Positions 33,164-42,507 of a stretch of DNA of 64,000 nt are shown here, one piece after another (the first letter of the stretch is position 1; each line of letters begins with the position of its first letter). The position numbers and the translations under genes were made by a program. The notes below the pieces were generated by a model. It saw nothing but the letters and a program-made list of their open reading frames with translations, made no database searches and had not been told where the DNA came from. Source of the stretch: an uncultured Alphaproteobacteria bacterium (GTDB lineage Bacteria > Pseudomonadota > Alphaproteobacteria > RF32 > CAG-239); the NCBI GenBank assembly GCA_910577205.1, contig CAJTMA010000001.1:137840-201839 (forward strand), written 5' to 3'.

Positions 33164-34426
33164 CTAATTTGCAAACCACGAAACCGGGTTAACCGGGTGA
33201 TTTTGTTTACGCAGTTCCATATAAAGCTTGGCATCGCTGTCACCAGGCATTAAGCCGACGGGCTCTCCTGCCAGCAGCAGCTGCCCCAGTTCACAATCTA
33301 TCGTATCCAATCCGGCCAGCAAAGAGGTGTAGCCTTTGCCGTGTTCGATAATAATCAGATTGCCGTAACCGCGGAACGGACCGGCAAAGATGACTGAGCC
33401 GTCAAACGGCGCGATAACCTGCGCCTGCGGACGGGTTTTGATAATAATGCCTTTGGAGCTGACGCCTTTGGCGGTTTCCTGTCCGTAAGCCGTGACAATC
33501 TGCCCTCTGGCCGGCCGCGACAGTTTACCCCGCGCTTTTACAAAATTATCCCCGATTTCATTTATAACCTCGGGTTTGAATTTAATCAAGTCGGCAGTTT
33601 TCACTTGTTCACGCTTTTGATTTTCCTCAGCTTCTTTTCTTCTCTGCTCTTCAAGCGCAGCCAAACGCCGGCGTTCTTCTTCCTGTTTGCGGCGCTTTTC
33701 CTGCTGTTGCTTTTCCAGACGGCTGAGCAAATCGCGCAAGTTTTGTGCTTCGCCGGCTAATTTTTGAACTTTTTTCTTAGCTTGTTCGCTTTTGACTTCC
33801 ACCACATTTCGCAGCTTGGATTTTTTCTGAACCAGCGTTTTCATTTGTTCATGCTCGGCTTCCAAGTTTTTTTTCTGCTTAACAATACGGGCTACTTGGG
33901 CTTCCACACGTTTTTTCTGGAGTTCGATTTTTTCCAACTCCTTACGCAAGCGGGAGGCGTTCTCTTCCAAATATGGCACTGTTTCGCGCAGCAGCATGGC
34001 ACTGCGGATGATTTCCACCGGGCTCAGGGGCTGCACAAACAAAGCTTCTGTCGGCTTGAGCGCCAAGTTTTGCAAAGCAGCCAGTGTTTTTATCAGGTTT
34101 TCGTCTTCTGAAGAAAAGTTGCTTTCCGCCGTTTTTAAATCTGCTGAAAGCTGTTCAAGCTCCGCCTCCATTTTGGAAAGCGTTTCTTCGTTATTCTGTA
34201 TCAGCTTGGCAGACCTAATCATCTGCTGGTTAACTTTTTTCAATTCATCGTTAATCTGGGTGGCTTGCTCCTGCAATCGCTGATGTTCCAGATTTTGCGC
34301 TTTAACCTGCTGCTCAACCTGCTCCAAGTCCTGACGAGAAATTTTTTCGGCGCGAACTGACCCAAGCATGAGGCCAAACAGCCCCATACTTACCATAATC
34401 AGTCTGTTCAAGCGCCGAAAAGTCAT
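33164..34426 (-). CDS. Murein hydrolase activator EnvC-like (coiled coil plus M23/LytM domain).
   Basis: Long coiled coil (QQ/EE/KK-rich). C-terminal M23 fold (GIII...G..V.A...G.V). Confidence 0.8.
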   Translation of the reverse strand: MTFRRLNRLIMVSMGLFGLMLGSVRAEKISRQDLEQVEQQVKAQNLEHQRLQEQATQINDELKKVNQQMIRSAKLIQNNEETLSKMEAELEQLSADLKTAESNFSSEDENLIKTLAALQNLALKPTEALFVQPLSPVEIIRSAMLLRETVPYLEENASRLRKELEKIELQKKRVEAQVARIVKQKKNLEAEHEQMKTLVQKKSKLRNVVEVKSEQAKKKVQKLAGEAQNLRDLLSRLEKQQQEKRRKQEEERRRLAALEEQRRKEAEENQKREQVKTADLIKFKPEVINEIGDNFVKARGKLSRPARGQIVTAYGQETAKGVSSKGIIIKTRPQAQVIAPFDGSVIFAGPFRGYGNLIIIEHGKGYTSLLAGLDTIDCELGQLLLAGEPVGLMPGDSDAKLYMELRKQNHPVNPVSWFAN

Positions 34427-34430
34427 GCCG

Positions 34431-35966
34431 TTAGTTCTTAACCAGCAAAGAGTGTCCGTTCATTTCAGCCGGTTCGGGAATATCCAGCAACTGCAGCAAA
34501 GTCGGCGCAATGTCAGCCAAGCGCCCGTCTTTCATGGCGGTTACGTCTTTCGGACCGTTAACCAAAACAGCCTGAACTTTGCCGACAGTGTGAGCGGTGT
34601 AAGGTTCGCCGGTTTTCTCGTCAACCATCTTTTCGGCATTACCGTGGTCTGCGGTTACCAACAAGACACCGTCAACATCCTTAATGGCTTTAACGACGCG
34701 GCCGAGGCATTCGTCAACAGCGGCAACGGCTTTCAAAACCGCGTCCATTTTGCCGGTGTGCCCAACCATATCGCCATTGGCAAAATTACAGATAATCACG
34801 TCGAATTTTTTATTTTCAATCGCGTCAACCAGATTATCGGTTACTTCATAAACGCTCATTTCCGGCTTTAAGTCATAAGTAGCAACTTTCGGGCTGGGAA
34901 CAAGTATCCGGCTTTCGCCCGGAAATTCTTTTTCTTCGCCGCCGTTAAAGAAAAACGTGACGTGGGCATATTTTTCGGTTTCGGCAATGCGCAGCTGGGT
35001 CAAACCGTTTTCTGCAACAACTTCTCCGAAGATGTTTTTCAGAGCTTCCGGCCCAAACATGGTTTTCATGAAACGGTTATGGTCGACAGAGTATTCGGTC
35101 ATACCGACAGCCATTGATAAAGCAAAAGTTTTTTTGCGGGCAAAACCGTCAAATTCTTTATCTGCCAAGGCATATAAAATTTCACGGGCGCGGTCGGCGC
35201 GGAAATTCGCCATCAGAACTGCGTCACCGTCTTCAAAACCTTTATAGTCGCCGATAATGCAAGGAACGACAAATTCGTCAGTCACGCCGTCTTTATAAGA
35301 GGCTTCAACAGCTTCGGCAGAGGTTGCCGCGTGTTTGCCCTCGCCTAAGGCAATCGCATTATAGGCCGCTTCAACACGATCCCAGCGTTTATCGCGGTCC
35401 ATGGCATAAAAACGCCCGGAAACCGTCGCAACTTTTACACCGTTTAAGCCGGCAATGGCTTTTTCAAATTCTGCCAGATATTCTTTAGCAGATGACGGCG
35501 GGGTGTCACGGCCGTCCAAAAAGGCATGAACGTCTGTTTTGATATTGTTTTCTGCCAAAACTTTGCATAAAGCAACAATATGCTCCATTGAAGAATGCAC
35601 GCCGCCCGGGGACATCAAGCCCATCAAATGGCAGGTTTTGCCATTAGCCTGCAAATCGGCAATCAATTTTTGCAAAACAGAATTATCTTTAATGCTGCCG
35701 TCTTTAATGGCCTGGTCAATTCTCGGCAAATCCTGCATAACAACGCGGCCAGCACCCAAATTCATATGTCCGACTTCAGAGTTGCCCATCTGGCCTTCCG
35801 GCAAACCAACTGCCAGTCCATAGGTTTCAATCAGGCTGTGCGGATATTCATTCAGGCAGTTATGCCAGTTAGGCGTATGACCGTTTTCAATAGCGTTGTC
35901 AGCCGTCTTAGGTTCACGATAGCCCCAACCGTCCAGAATCAGCAGCATTACAGGTTTCTGTTTCAT
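34431..35966 (-). CDS. gpmI: 2,3-bisphosphoglycerate-independent phosphoglycerate mutase.
   Basis: LLILDGWG N-terminus, metalloenzyme core, ADHGN. 511 aa. Confidence 0.95.
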   Translation of the reverse strand: MKQKPVMLLILDGWGYREPKTADNAIENGHTPNWHNCLNEYPHSLIETYGLAVGLPEGQMGNSEVGHMNLGAGRVVMQDLPRIDQAIKDGSIKDNSVLQKLIADLQANGKTCHLMGLMSPGGVHSSMEHIVALCKVLAENNIKTDVHAFLDGRDTPPSSAKEYLAEFEKAIAGLNGVKVATVSGRFYAMDRDKRWDRVEAAYNAIALGEGKHAATSAEAVEASYKDGVTDEFVVPCIIGDYKGFEDGDAVLMANFRADRAREILYALADKEFDGFARKKTFALSMAVGMTEYSVDHNRFMKTMFGPEALKNIFGEVVAENGLTQLRIAETEKYAHVTFFFNGGEEKEFPGESRILVPSPKVATYDLKPEMSVYEVTDNLVDAIENKKFDVIICNFANGDMVGHTGKMDAVLKAVAAVDECLGRVVKAIKDVDGVLLVTADHGNAEKMVDEKTGEPYTAHTVGKVQAVLVNGPKDVTAMKDGRLADIAPTLLQLLDIPEPAEMNGHSLLVKN

Positions 35967-36494
35967 GTGTTTCTCTCTTTCAAAATGTTAGCCAGCGCAG
36001 ATTATACGCCGTTTTTTATCATCTAAAACTTTTTCGTATTATATATAATAAATGAGAATAAAAAAGCACTATTTTTATGCTTTATGCAGAAAATAAAACA
36101 TCTTACCCCAATAAATATATTTACGAGCGCTGAACGAATCAGGCTGATTAAACGGCGGTTGGGATGCGGACGAAAAATGTAAGCTAACAGCGACGGGGCT
36201 TGGGAATAACATTTTTCCCCTTAATTTTAAGGGGAGATAAAGAGAGGTTTAATATGAATAAAGTCTATTTTGCATGGATTCTTCGTCGCACAGCTTCTCA
36301 GAATGACGTTTTAGGAGGGGAGAGCAACCATAAAATATATTGCAAAATAAAAATATTCACCTAATATAATTTTCGCAGCCAAGAGATTGGTTGTGGTGTC
36401 TGAAAAACATCTTTCTTACTAAAATATCCTCCTTTCGGGGGAGTATACGATATAAGCCATTGGTCGAATAAGTATGACTGTCGTGAACAGTTGC

Positions 36495-36762
36495 GACCTA
36501 AAATATTCCCTTAAAACAATATTTAGCAAATAAGAAAAGTTTATAATGCGCCGTGCTTTTTAGCAGGCGCTACTGAGCGTTAGCGTCAATAAAAAGGACA
36601 AGCAGAATGAGCTTTTCTTGTTTGTCCTTCGGATTTGTGGTTAAAAAGTATCTGCGTCAGAAAACTCCTTGCAGGTAGCAGCAACTATCTGCGGCGTCGT
36701 TTTCTTAGCAGCTGACTTTTTACTCGCAAACTAAATGTTATTTTAAGGGAATATTTTAGGTC
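36495..36762. mobile_element. MITE-like non-autonomous element, 268 bp, with 32-bp terminal inverted repeats.
   Basis: gacctaaaatattcccttaaaacaatatttag (36495-36526) against ctaaatgttattttaagggaatattttaggtc (36731-36762). Absent from the corresponding site in arm A. TTGC on both flanks could be a target-site duplication. Confidence 0.55.
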
Positions 36763-36877
36763 ATTGCTCCTCCACCTTTTTCTAAAAAGGTGGTTTTGTT
36801 TTTAAAATCCTTTCTCTGCCTCCCCTTAATTTTAAGGGGAGGTATGGAGGGGATTAATAAACCTAAAGGAGCTTGGA

Positions 36878-37129
36878 ATGTTAGAAAAAGTAACGCTGCA
36901 AATCACACCCAAAGATTTGCAAACCACCATCGGGCGGACACTCGGTATTTGGTTGATGATGATACGCTCGCAGCGCAACATCAGCCGGGAGCAAGTCTGC
37001 CGCGAAACCAAAATTAATCCGAAAAGTCTGGAGAAAATTGAAAGCGGCCGTGCTGCCATAACCAATATGGATATCGGTTACCTGCTGGATTATTATCAGC
37101 TTAACGTCAGCGTGGTTTTGGAAGCCTGA
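36878..37129 (+). CDS. XRE-family helix-turn-helix transcriptional regulator, 83 aa, copy B.
   Basis: Near-identical paralog of 29359-29610. RBS aaaggag. Confidence 0.75.
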   Translation: MLEKVTLQITPKDLQTTIGRTLGIWLMMIRSQRNISREQVCRETKINPKSLEKIESGRAAITNMDIGYLLDYYQLNVSVVLEA

Positions 37130-37230
37130 TAAAGTTTTTATCCCCGAAAAGCGGGAGAGAATTTTCGGGGACGGATTGCGGCAAAGCGATAACTGAACGT
37201 TCAAAATAAGGCACAACTTACCGCAATCTG

Positions 37231-37270
37231 AAAACCGTCCGGTGTTATCCGTCGGACGGTTTTGTTTTTA
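37231..37270. terminator. Bidirectional terminator shared by the HTH gene (+) and recR (-).
   Basis: ccgtccggtgttatccgtcggacgg hairpin with T-runs on both strands. Confidence 0.7.
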
Positions 37271-37861
37271 TAACAACTTACGAGAATTCAGCGCCAGCTG
37301 TATTGTGCCTTCATCCATATAATCCAGTTCAGCACCCATCGGGATACCTTGAGCCAGGGTGGTGATTTTTACCCCGCTGTCTTTTAAGCGAGAAACCAGA
37401 TAGTGGCAGGTTATCTGCCCGTCAACTGTTGCAGGAAGCGCCAGAATAATCTCCGACACTTCATCGCGCGCCACACGCGAGAGCAGGCTGTCAATATTCA
37501 AATCTTCAGGCGCAACGCCGTCCAATGCTGACAGAATACCGCCCAGCACATGGTATTTACCCTTAAAAAAGGATACTCTTTCCATCGCCCACAAATCTGC
37601 CACATCTTGAACAACGCATAATTGTCGGCCGTCACGCTTATCTGACGCGCAGACAGAACAAGGGCTTTGTGTATCAAAATTGCCGCAAATTTCGCAGGTT
37701 TGCACTTTTGTTGCCACCTCGTTAAGAGATTCAATCAGCGGCAAAAGCAGATTTTCGCGCTTTTTCAGCAATTGCAGCACAATCCGCCGGGCTGAACGCG
37801 TTCCCAGAGATGGCAGTTTGGCGATTTGTTTCGCCAGTTTTTCAATTTCTTTTCCGGCCAC
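37268..37861 (-). CDS. recR: Recombination protein RecR.
   Basis: C4 zinc finger CxxC...CxxC plus Toprim. 197 aa. Confidence 0.95.
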   Translation of the reverse strand: MAGKEIEKLAKQIAKLPSLGTRSARRIVLQLLKKRENLLLPLIESLNEVATKVQTCEICGNFDTQSPCSVCASDKRDGRQLCVVQDVADLWAMERVSFFKGKYHVLGGILSALDGVAPEDLNIDSLLSRVARDEVSEIILALPATVDGQITCHYLVSRLKDSGVKITTLAQGIPMGAELDYMDEGTIQLALNSRKLL

Positions 37862-37873
37862 GGCTGTATTCTC

Positions 37874-38194
37874 TTAAAATGGCAGTTTCAGACCGCCCAG
37901 ATTTAAGCCGCCGGTTACATCTTTCATGCCATCGGCCATAACCGTGTCAACTTTGGCGTGGGCATCATTATAGGCCGCCAAAATCAAATCTTCCAGAATG
38001 TCAACTTCTTCAGGGACAAGCAGGGATTTATCCAATTCTACTTTTTTAGCTTCAAATTTGCCGTTCAGGGTCACTTTAACCAAACCGCCGCCGCTTGTTC
38101 CGGTAATTTCCTGCTGCGCCAGTTTCTCCTGAGCTTCTTCCATTTTTTTCTGCATCATTTGCGCTTGTTTCATTATTCCCTGAATATTCATCAT
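37874..38194 (-). CDS. ybaB: Nucleoid-associated protein YbaB/EbfC.
   Basis: MMQKKMEEAQEKL...GGGLVKVTLNG pattern. Sits between dnaX and recR. Confidence 0.9.
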   Translation of the reverse strand: MMNIQGIMKQAQMMQKKMEEAQEKLAQQEITGTSGGGLVKVTLNGKFEAKKVELDKSLLVPEEVDILEDLILAAYNDAHAKVDTVMADGMKDVTGGLNLGGLKLPF

Positions 38195-38196
38195 GT

Positions 38197-39915
38197 TTAA
38201 TTTTCCTCATCATAAATGATTTCATTATTATCGGCACCGAAATCCAAATCTGACGAATCGTCATCAGTTTCGGTCATTTTGCGGGTTGCGGTTTCGATTT
38301 TGGCGCCTTTAAATTCCGCCATAATCGCTTTAACCAACGGATATTCCATAATGTTACGTTTTTCTTCTTCCTCTGCCGCTTTTTCCATATCGGCCAGTGT
38401 CACGCCCAATGCGCCGCGGGTAAGTTCAATTTTCCACGTCAGGCCGGTGGCCTCCGTCAGCGTTTTATGCAGATTGAGAATAAAATCGGGGTGGATTTTC
38501 TCGGATACGGCCATTTTTATCAGGCCGTTGCTGAATTCGGAAATTGAAACATCATTCTTAATGGCATATTCAACCAGAAGCATTTTTTTCTGCTCAAGGT
38601 AAGCAACCAAATCGCTGACTTGGTTAAACACCAGTTTATCCCCGGTTGGCTGAATAGCGGAGGCAGGCTCCGCAGCCGGAGCCGCCCTAAAAACCGGTGT
38701 TGTTCCCGGAGAACGGACAGAGGGAACTACAGCACTTAAATTAGAGTTTTTTTTTACGTCGTTCAAAAGCTCGTATGGCGTTGGCAAATTAGCAGAGTAA
38801 GCCACGCGAATCAAAATCATTTCCAACGCGTCAATCTGCACCGGAGCAACCTGTAATTCGCCCAGCCCTTTAATCATCATCTGCCAGATTTTTGACAAGA
38901 CGGCAATTGAAACTTTGGCGTTCAAACGCTGGCAAAGTTCTCTTTCGGCTTCGCTTAAAGACGAATCGTTGATAAAGCTGGGAACAAGTTTAGTTTTCGC
39001 CAACAGATGGGTAATATTTATTAAATCTTGCAACAGAGAGGTCGGGTTTGCCCCGTTTTTATATTGCTCCTGCAATTTGAGAATGGTTTCTTTAGTGTCG
39101 CCGCTGACAAGCTTTTCAAAGAGTTCAAAAGTCTGGTTGCGGTCGGCCAAGCCAATCATCTCTTTAACGACATCGGTTTTAACAACGCCGGCACCGAGAG
39201 AGATTGCCTGATCAAGCAAAGACAAACCGTCACGCGCCGATCCGTCAGCCGCTTTGGCAATAATATGCAATGCTTCGTTATCGGCTTTCAAATTTTCGGC
39301 AGCAACAATCTTATTAAAGAGCTTCATCAGGTCTTCTATTGTCAGGCGTTGCAAATCAAAGCGCTGGCAACGTGACAAGACAGTTACCGGAACTTTGCGG
39401 ATTTCGGTCGTGGCAAAAATAAACTTAACGTGCGCCGGCGGCTCTTCCAGCGTTTTCAGCAAAGCGTTAAATGCGTTTTTGGAAAGCATATGAACTTCGT
39501 CGATGATATAAATTTTATAGCGGGCATTGGTCGGCTTATAACGTACGCCGTCCAAAATCTCGCGGATATCATCTACGCCGGTACGAGAAGCCGCGTCAAG
39601 CTCCAAAACGTCAATATGGCGGTCAGCGGCAATAGCTTTACAATTCTCACACACGCCGCAGGGATGAATCGTCGGCCCACCATTGCCATCAAGCCCCGTA
39701 CAGTTCAAAGCGCGGGCAATCAGACGGGCGGTGGTGGTTTTGCCCACGCCGCGGATACCGGTTAAAATGTAAGCATGGTGCAAACGGTTGTTTTTAATGG
39801 CATTGGTAAGGGTTTGCACCAAGGCATCCTGCCCAAGCAAGTCATTAAAACTCTGCGGGCGGTATTTGCGGGCCAGAACCACATATTGATTATCTTTATT
39901 TTCTTCTTCTGCCAT
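38197..39915 (-). CDS. dnaX: DNA polymerase III subunits tau/gamma.
   Basis: AAA+ GIRGVGKTT, zinc module CGVCENC. I chose MAEEENK as the start because the ORF-track extension runs through the SRP RNA gene. An A9 run at 38747-38755 is a possible frameshift site. Confidence 0.93.
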   Translation of the reverse strand: MAEEENKDNQYVVLARKYRPQSFNDLLGQDALVQTLTNAIKNNRLHHAYILTGIRGVGKTTTARLIARALNCTGLDGNGGPTIHPCGVCENCKAIAADRHIDVLELDAASRTGVDDIREILDGVRYKPTNARYKIYIIDEVHMLSKNAFNALLKTLEEPPAHVKFIFATTEIRKVPVTVLSRCQRFDLQRLTIEDLMKLFNKIVAAENLKADNEALHIIAKAADGSARDGLSLLDQAISLGAGVVKTDVVKEMIGLADRNQTFELFEKLVSGDTKETILKLQEQYKNGANPTSLLQDLINITHLLAKTKLVPSFINDSSLSEAERELCQRLNAKVSIAVLSKIWQMMIKGLGELQVAPVQIDALEMILIRVAYSANLPTPYELLNDVKKNSNLSAVVPSVRSPGTTPVFRAAPAAEPASAIQPTGDKLVFNQVSDLVAYLEQKKMLLVEYAIKNDVSISEFSNGLIKMAVSEKIHPDFILNLHKTLTEATGLTWKIELTRGALGVTLADMEKAAEEEEKRNIMEYPLVKAIMAEFKGAKIETATRKMTETDDDSSDLDFGADNNEIIYDEEN

Positions 39916-39934
39916 TAAAATTCTTCTTAAAAAA

Positions 39935-40025
39935 GGTGGAGGACGAATGACCTTAACCGCTTTCGTTACGGCTGCTTCCTTCCGGACCTGACCGGGTTGG
40001 CGAAGAGTTAACCCACCATCCTCCA
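39935..40025 (-). ncRNA. ffs: Signal recognition particle RNA (4.5S RNA).
   Basis: Minus strand contains GGUCAGGUCCGGAAGGAAGCAGCC (conserved domain IV). 5' ggaggatgg pairs with 3' cgtcctcc. Followed by TTTTTT. Classic position upstream of dnaX. Confidence 0.85.
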
Positions 40026-40127
40026 TAAATGTGATTTTCAGCCTTAAACGCCGGAAATCCTGACGGGATTAATATCGTTCATATCCGGCGATTTTTCAAG
40101 GAAAAAATCAATAATTAACACCTGAGC

Positions 40128-41597
40128 TTAATCAGGGACGACAATATTAAGCTTTTTCAGCCCTTCTTTGACGATTTCCCGCTCCTGCGCTCCCGGCACA
40201 TAATCCAGCGGCTGGCTCTCTAACCCTAAAGGACGGCCGTAAATTAAGGTTTGGGCGGTGTTGGTATCTTTGCCGAAAATATGCGGCGCTTGATAGCCTG
40301 CTTCAGGAATAAAGCTATCAGCCATATCAGCGGCATCTCCAGCATTAAACTTTTTCGGCGCGTCATCAACAATTACGTCACCCGCCGGGCGGACTTCGAC
40401 AATATCCAGGCTATGCTGGTTTTGACCGTTATCCAACAGGCGGAATGCGCCGTTAATTCCGACATAGCCATCCGAATTGGCAATGGTTTCATTTAAATCG
40501 CCGCCGCTTTTCTTTGACAATGCCGAAGCCAAAGCCACGGCATCGTAGCCCATAGAATACAAGCTGCTGGGGCGCTCGCCGAACAGCTCGGTATATTTGT
40601 TGGCAAAATAGCCGCTATGCGACCGGGACAAAGCCGGATACCAAGCGCCCCGCAATGTGGATTCCGTATTGAGGCGGGTGTTTTCCCACACTGATGTTCC
40701 TATAAACTTAACCTGTGGCGCATATACGTCATAGTAGCCAAACATTGCCACCGCAGCTTTTAACCCAGCGCCGGATTCAGGGATTAACACCGTGTCAAAA
40801 TCAACTTCGCCCAATGTATCGGTCTTGTTCAGGCGTTCCAGCACTTTTGCGGCAGAACCGTCACCGGCAGCCGCTTTGTTTTTTAAGCCGGCTTTCAGGT
40901 TTTGCAGGCGGCCGGTTCGCGTATTATAATCCGACATTTGTTTGGTTACGGCAGAAAAGTCGGTTGTTCCCGGCGTATAAAAGCCGATACGGGTAATTTT
41001 AACGCCGTTTTTAGCCGCAGATTTTACAGCGGCGCGGGCAACGGCTATTCCGGTTTTGTTATCGGGAATCAACAAGGCAAAACGGGAGCGCCCCTGCGCA
41101 GCGGTATAAGAAATTATGCGGTCGACCTGTTCTTCGACCATCAGCCCTAACGTATAAATTCCCGGCTGAAGCACATTAGAACCGGTGTTAAACGCAATGA
41201 CCGGAATGTTGTGGGATTTGGCCTGTTCCGCAACAGCTTCAACCGATGAGCTTTTTAACGGGCCGATAATCAACTTGCTTTTTTGGTTAATTGCATTGGC
41301 AACGGCAACCCTCGCCCCTTCCGGCGTACCCTTGGTGTCATAATATTGCAGAATCAGATTAGGTTCGCGGACATCTTCCAAGGCTATCATGGTCGCATTT
41401 TTTAAGCCGTTCCCCTGCCGAGCCGCATCCCCGCTCAAGGGCAGCAAAACGCCGACGCGGAAATTGCCGTCCGTTCCCAGATTAACTTCGCTGATTTCGG
41501 TAGAGGACACATCGGCACCGCCATTGGTGCTGACCGTTGTCCGGCAGCCGGCAAGCAGCCCGAAGGCTATTAGAAAACTTATTTTTTTTAACACTTG
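40128..41597 (-). CDS. LpoA-like lipoprotein (penicillin-binding protein activator/LppC family, periplasmic-binding fold).
   Basis: Lipobox LLAGC after a GTG/TTG start near 41594-41600. Type I PBP fold. Divergent from rsmI with yraN downstream, as in the E. coli lpoA-rsmI-yraN locus. ORF-track N-terminal extension is probably false. Confidence 0.55.
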   Translation of the reverse strand, partial: QVLKKISFLIAFGLLAGCRTTVSTNGGADVSSTEISEVNLGTDGNFRVGVLLPLSGDAARQGNGLKNATMIALEDVREPNLILQYYDTKGTPEGARVAVANAINQKSKLIIGPLKSSSVEAVAEQAKSHNIPVIAFNTGSNVLQPGIYTLGLMVEEQVDRIISYTAAQGRSRFALLIPDNKTGIAVARAAVKSAAKNGVKITRIGFYTPGTTDFSAVTKQMSDYNTRTGRLQNLKAGLKNKAAAGDGSAAKVLERLNKTDTLGEVDFDTVLIPESGAGLKAAVAMFGYYDVYAPQVKFIGTSVWENTRLNTESTLRGAWYPALSRSHSGYFANKYTELFGERPSSLYSMGYDAVALASALSKKSGGDLNETIANSDGYVGINGAFRLLDNGQNQHSLDIVEVRPAGDVIVDDAPKKFNAGDAADMADSFIPEAGYQAPHIFGKDTNTAQTLIYGRPLGLESQPLDYVPGAQEREIVKEGLKKLNIVVPD

Positions 41598-41667
41598 CAA
41601 TTTATCCCAAAATAGAAAATCATATACCAAAGAAACTAGCTTAAAAATTTTTGAATGTAAAGTACAG

Positions 41668-42507
41668 ATGATGAAAAACGGCTTATATATCGTGGCAACA
41701 CCTATCGGCAATTTGGCGGATATTTCAGCCAGAGCCAAAGAGGTTTTGGCTGAGGCAGACGCAATTGCCTGCGAAGACACCCGCGTGACCCGCAAACTAT
41801 TTTCCCTTTTGGGGTTAAGCGCCGCAAAGCCCTTTATCACCTGCCAGGATCACAATGAAGAACAACAGGCGCAATCCCTTATTGATTTGGTCAAGGAAGG
41901 AAAAACGCTGGCGCTTGTCAGCGATGCCGGATCCCCGCTGATTTCTGACCCGGGGTATAAGCTTATCCGCCGCTGCCGCGAGCAAGGCGTTAAAGTCTGG
42001 ACAGTGCCGGGCTGCTGCGCGGTTATATCCGCCTTGCAATTATCCGGTTTGCCAACCAACCGCTTTATGTTCGCCGGTTTTATCCCTAATAAAGATAAGG
42101 CCAGATCAGACCTTTTCAATGAGCTGAAGAATATTAACACAACCCTGGTATTTTATGAAACAGCCCCGCGAATTGTTAAGACGCTTACGGCGGCGGCCGG
42201 CGTCTTCGGCAACAGAGAAATTGCCGTTGCCCGGGAAATCACCAAACTATACGAAGAATGTGTCAATGGCACGGCGGAAGAGCTTATTGCCCATTTTGAA
42301 GAAAATCCGCCCAAAGGGGAGATGGTGCTGATGGTTGCGCCGCCGGAAGAGATTGACCGCGAAAAGATTGATACTGACGCTTTGCTGCGGGAGAAACTTG
42401 GCCTGATGCCATTAAAAACCGCCGTCAAGGAAGTGGTGGAACAGACAGGCCTGAACAAAAATGATGTTTATGCGCAAGCTTTGAAAATTAAAAATGAAAA
42501 CCTGTAA
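41668..42507 (+). CDS. rsmI: 16S rRNA (cytidine1402-2'-O)-methyltransferase.
   Basis: LYIVATPIGNL N-terminus. Tetrapyrrole-methylase fold. Start taken at the MMKNG codons. Confidence 0.9.
   Translation: MMKNGLYIVATPIGNLADISARAKEVLAEADAIACEDTRVTRKLFSLLGLSAAKPFITCQDHNEEQQAQSLIDLVKEGKTLALVSDAGSPLISDPGYKLIRRCREQGVKVWTVPGCCAVISALQLSGLPTNRFMFAGFIPNKDKARSDLFNELKNINTTLVFYETAPRIVKTLTAAAGVFGNREIAVAREITKLYEECVNGTAEELIAHFEENPPKGEMVLMVAPPEEIDREKIDTDALLREKLGLMPLKTAVKEVVEQTGLNKNDVYAQALKIKNENL

Larger units (their letters stand above)
36339..37270. repeat. Arm B of the large inverted repeat. Contains the second HTH gene and is interrupted by a MITE-like element.
   Basis: Reverse complement aligns with 29222-30016 apart from a 268-bp insertion and a ~130-bp indel. 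Confidence 0.75.
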
